Origin: Podarcis gaigeae
Taxonomy: Eukaryota
Assembly (NCBI GenBank): GCA_964106915.2
Contig: OZ066914.1
DNA: 64,000 nucleotides
Reading direction: 5' to 3' (one strand)
The translations under genes were made by a program, and so were the position numbers. Shown piece by piece: positions 63,763 to 64,000 of this stretch. Position 1 is the stretch's first letter, and each line of letters opens with the position of its first letter. A model generated the notes under the pieces. That model was not told the DNA's origin, made no database searches, and worked only from the letters and a program-made list of their open reading frames with translations.

Positions 63763-63886
63763 GCAGGAGTGAGGAACCTGTTGCTGGGCTACAACTCCCA
63801 TCATCCTTGACCGTTGGTCATGGTGGCTGGGCTGATGGGAGTTGGAGTTCAACAACATCTGGAGGACTGCAGTTTCCCCACCCTTG
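63763..63886. mobile_element. Older hairpin MITE (ACTACAACTCCCA core)
   Basis: CTACAACTCCCATCA...TGATGGGAGTTGGAGT inverted core. Confidence 0.65.
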
Positions 63887-64000
63887 CACCATGGAGAATA
63901 AGTCTATCAATGGCTACTCATCATGCATTTGTGAATGGGCAGTGAGAGTCATGTGATAACCCCAACAGGAGGTCTAAATGCTGATTGCAAATGTGTTTGG

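Noticed and set aside
59955-64000. Final ZDHHC22 coding exon
   Set aside because: No frame matching the expected hydrophobic C-terminal segment was found; it is presumably beyond the window.
1-64000. CRISPR arrays, operons, rRNA or other prokaryotic systems
   Set aside because: The sequence is vertebrate; its repeats are dispersed transposons and microsatellites, not regularly spaced repeat-spacer arrays.

Overview
Eukaryotic, repeat-rich squamate (probably lacertid lizard) genomic DNA; the taxon is inferred from the Sauria SINE, Bov-B, CR1, L2 and L1 content. The only recognisable host coding sequence is the first coding exon of the palmitoyltransferase ZDHHC22 (+, 59387-59954). It lies downstream of a CpG island and a probable non-coding exon 1, and its last exon was not found in the window. 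A second CpG island at about 25.0-26.0 kb and a clean AUG-less minus-strand exon at 4951-5155 suggest the 5' end of a divergently transcribed gene, by synteny probably TMEM63C, whose coding exons would lie left of the window. The rest is intron or intergenic DNA packed with SINEs, LINE fragments, MITEs and solo LTRs, many with readable target-site duplications (TSDs). Most notable: (i) two distinct solo LTRs that are open from their first bases in the same register and encode an acidic > Ser-Pro > Arg-rich peptide; (ii) two MITE families carrying housekeeping-promoter motifs (NRF1/ETS/CRE and ZNF143-THAP11); (iii) an AUG-UAA start-stop element just before the ZDHHC22 start codon; (iv) a near-perfect CTCF site between the two promoters. 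Nearly all ORFs in the supplied track are spurious or transposon-derived.
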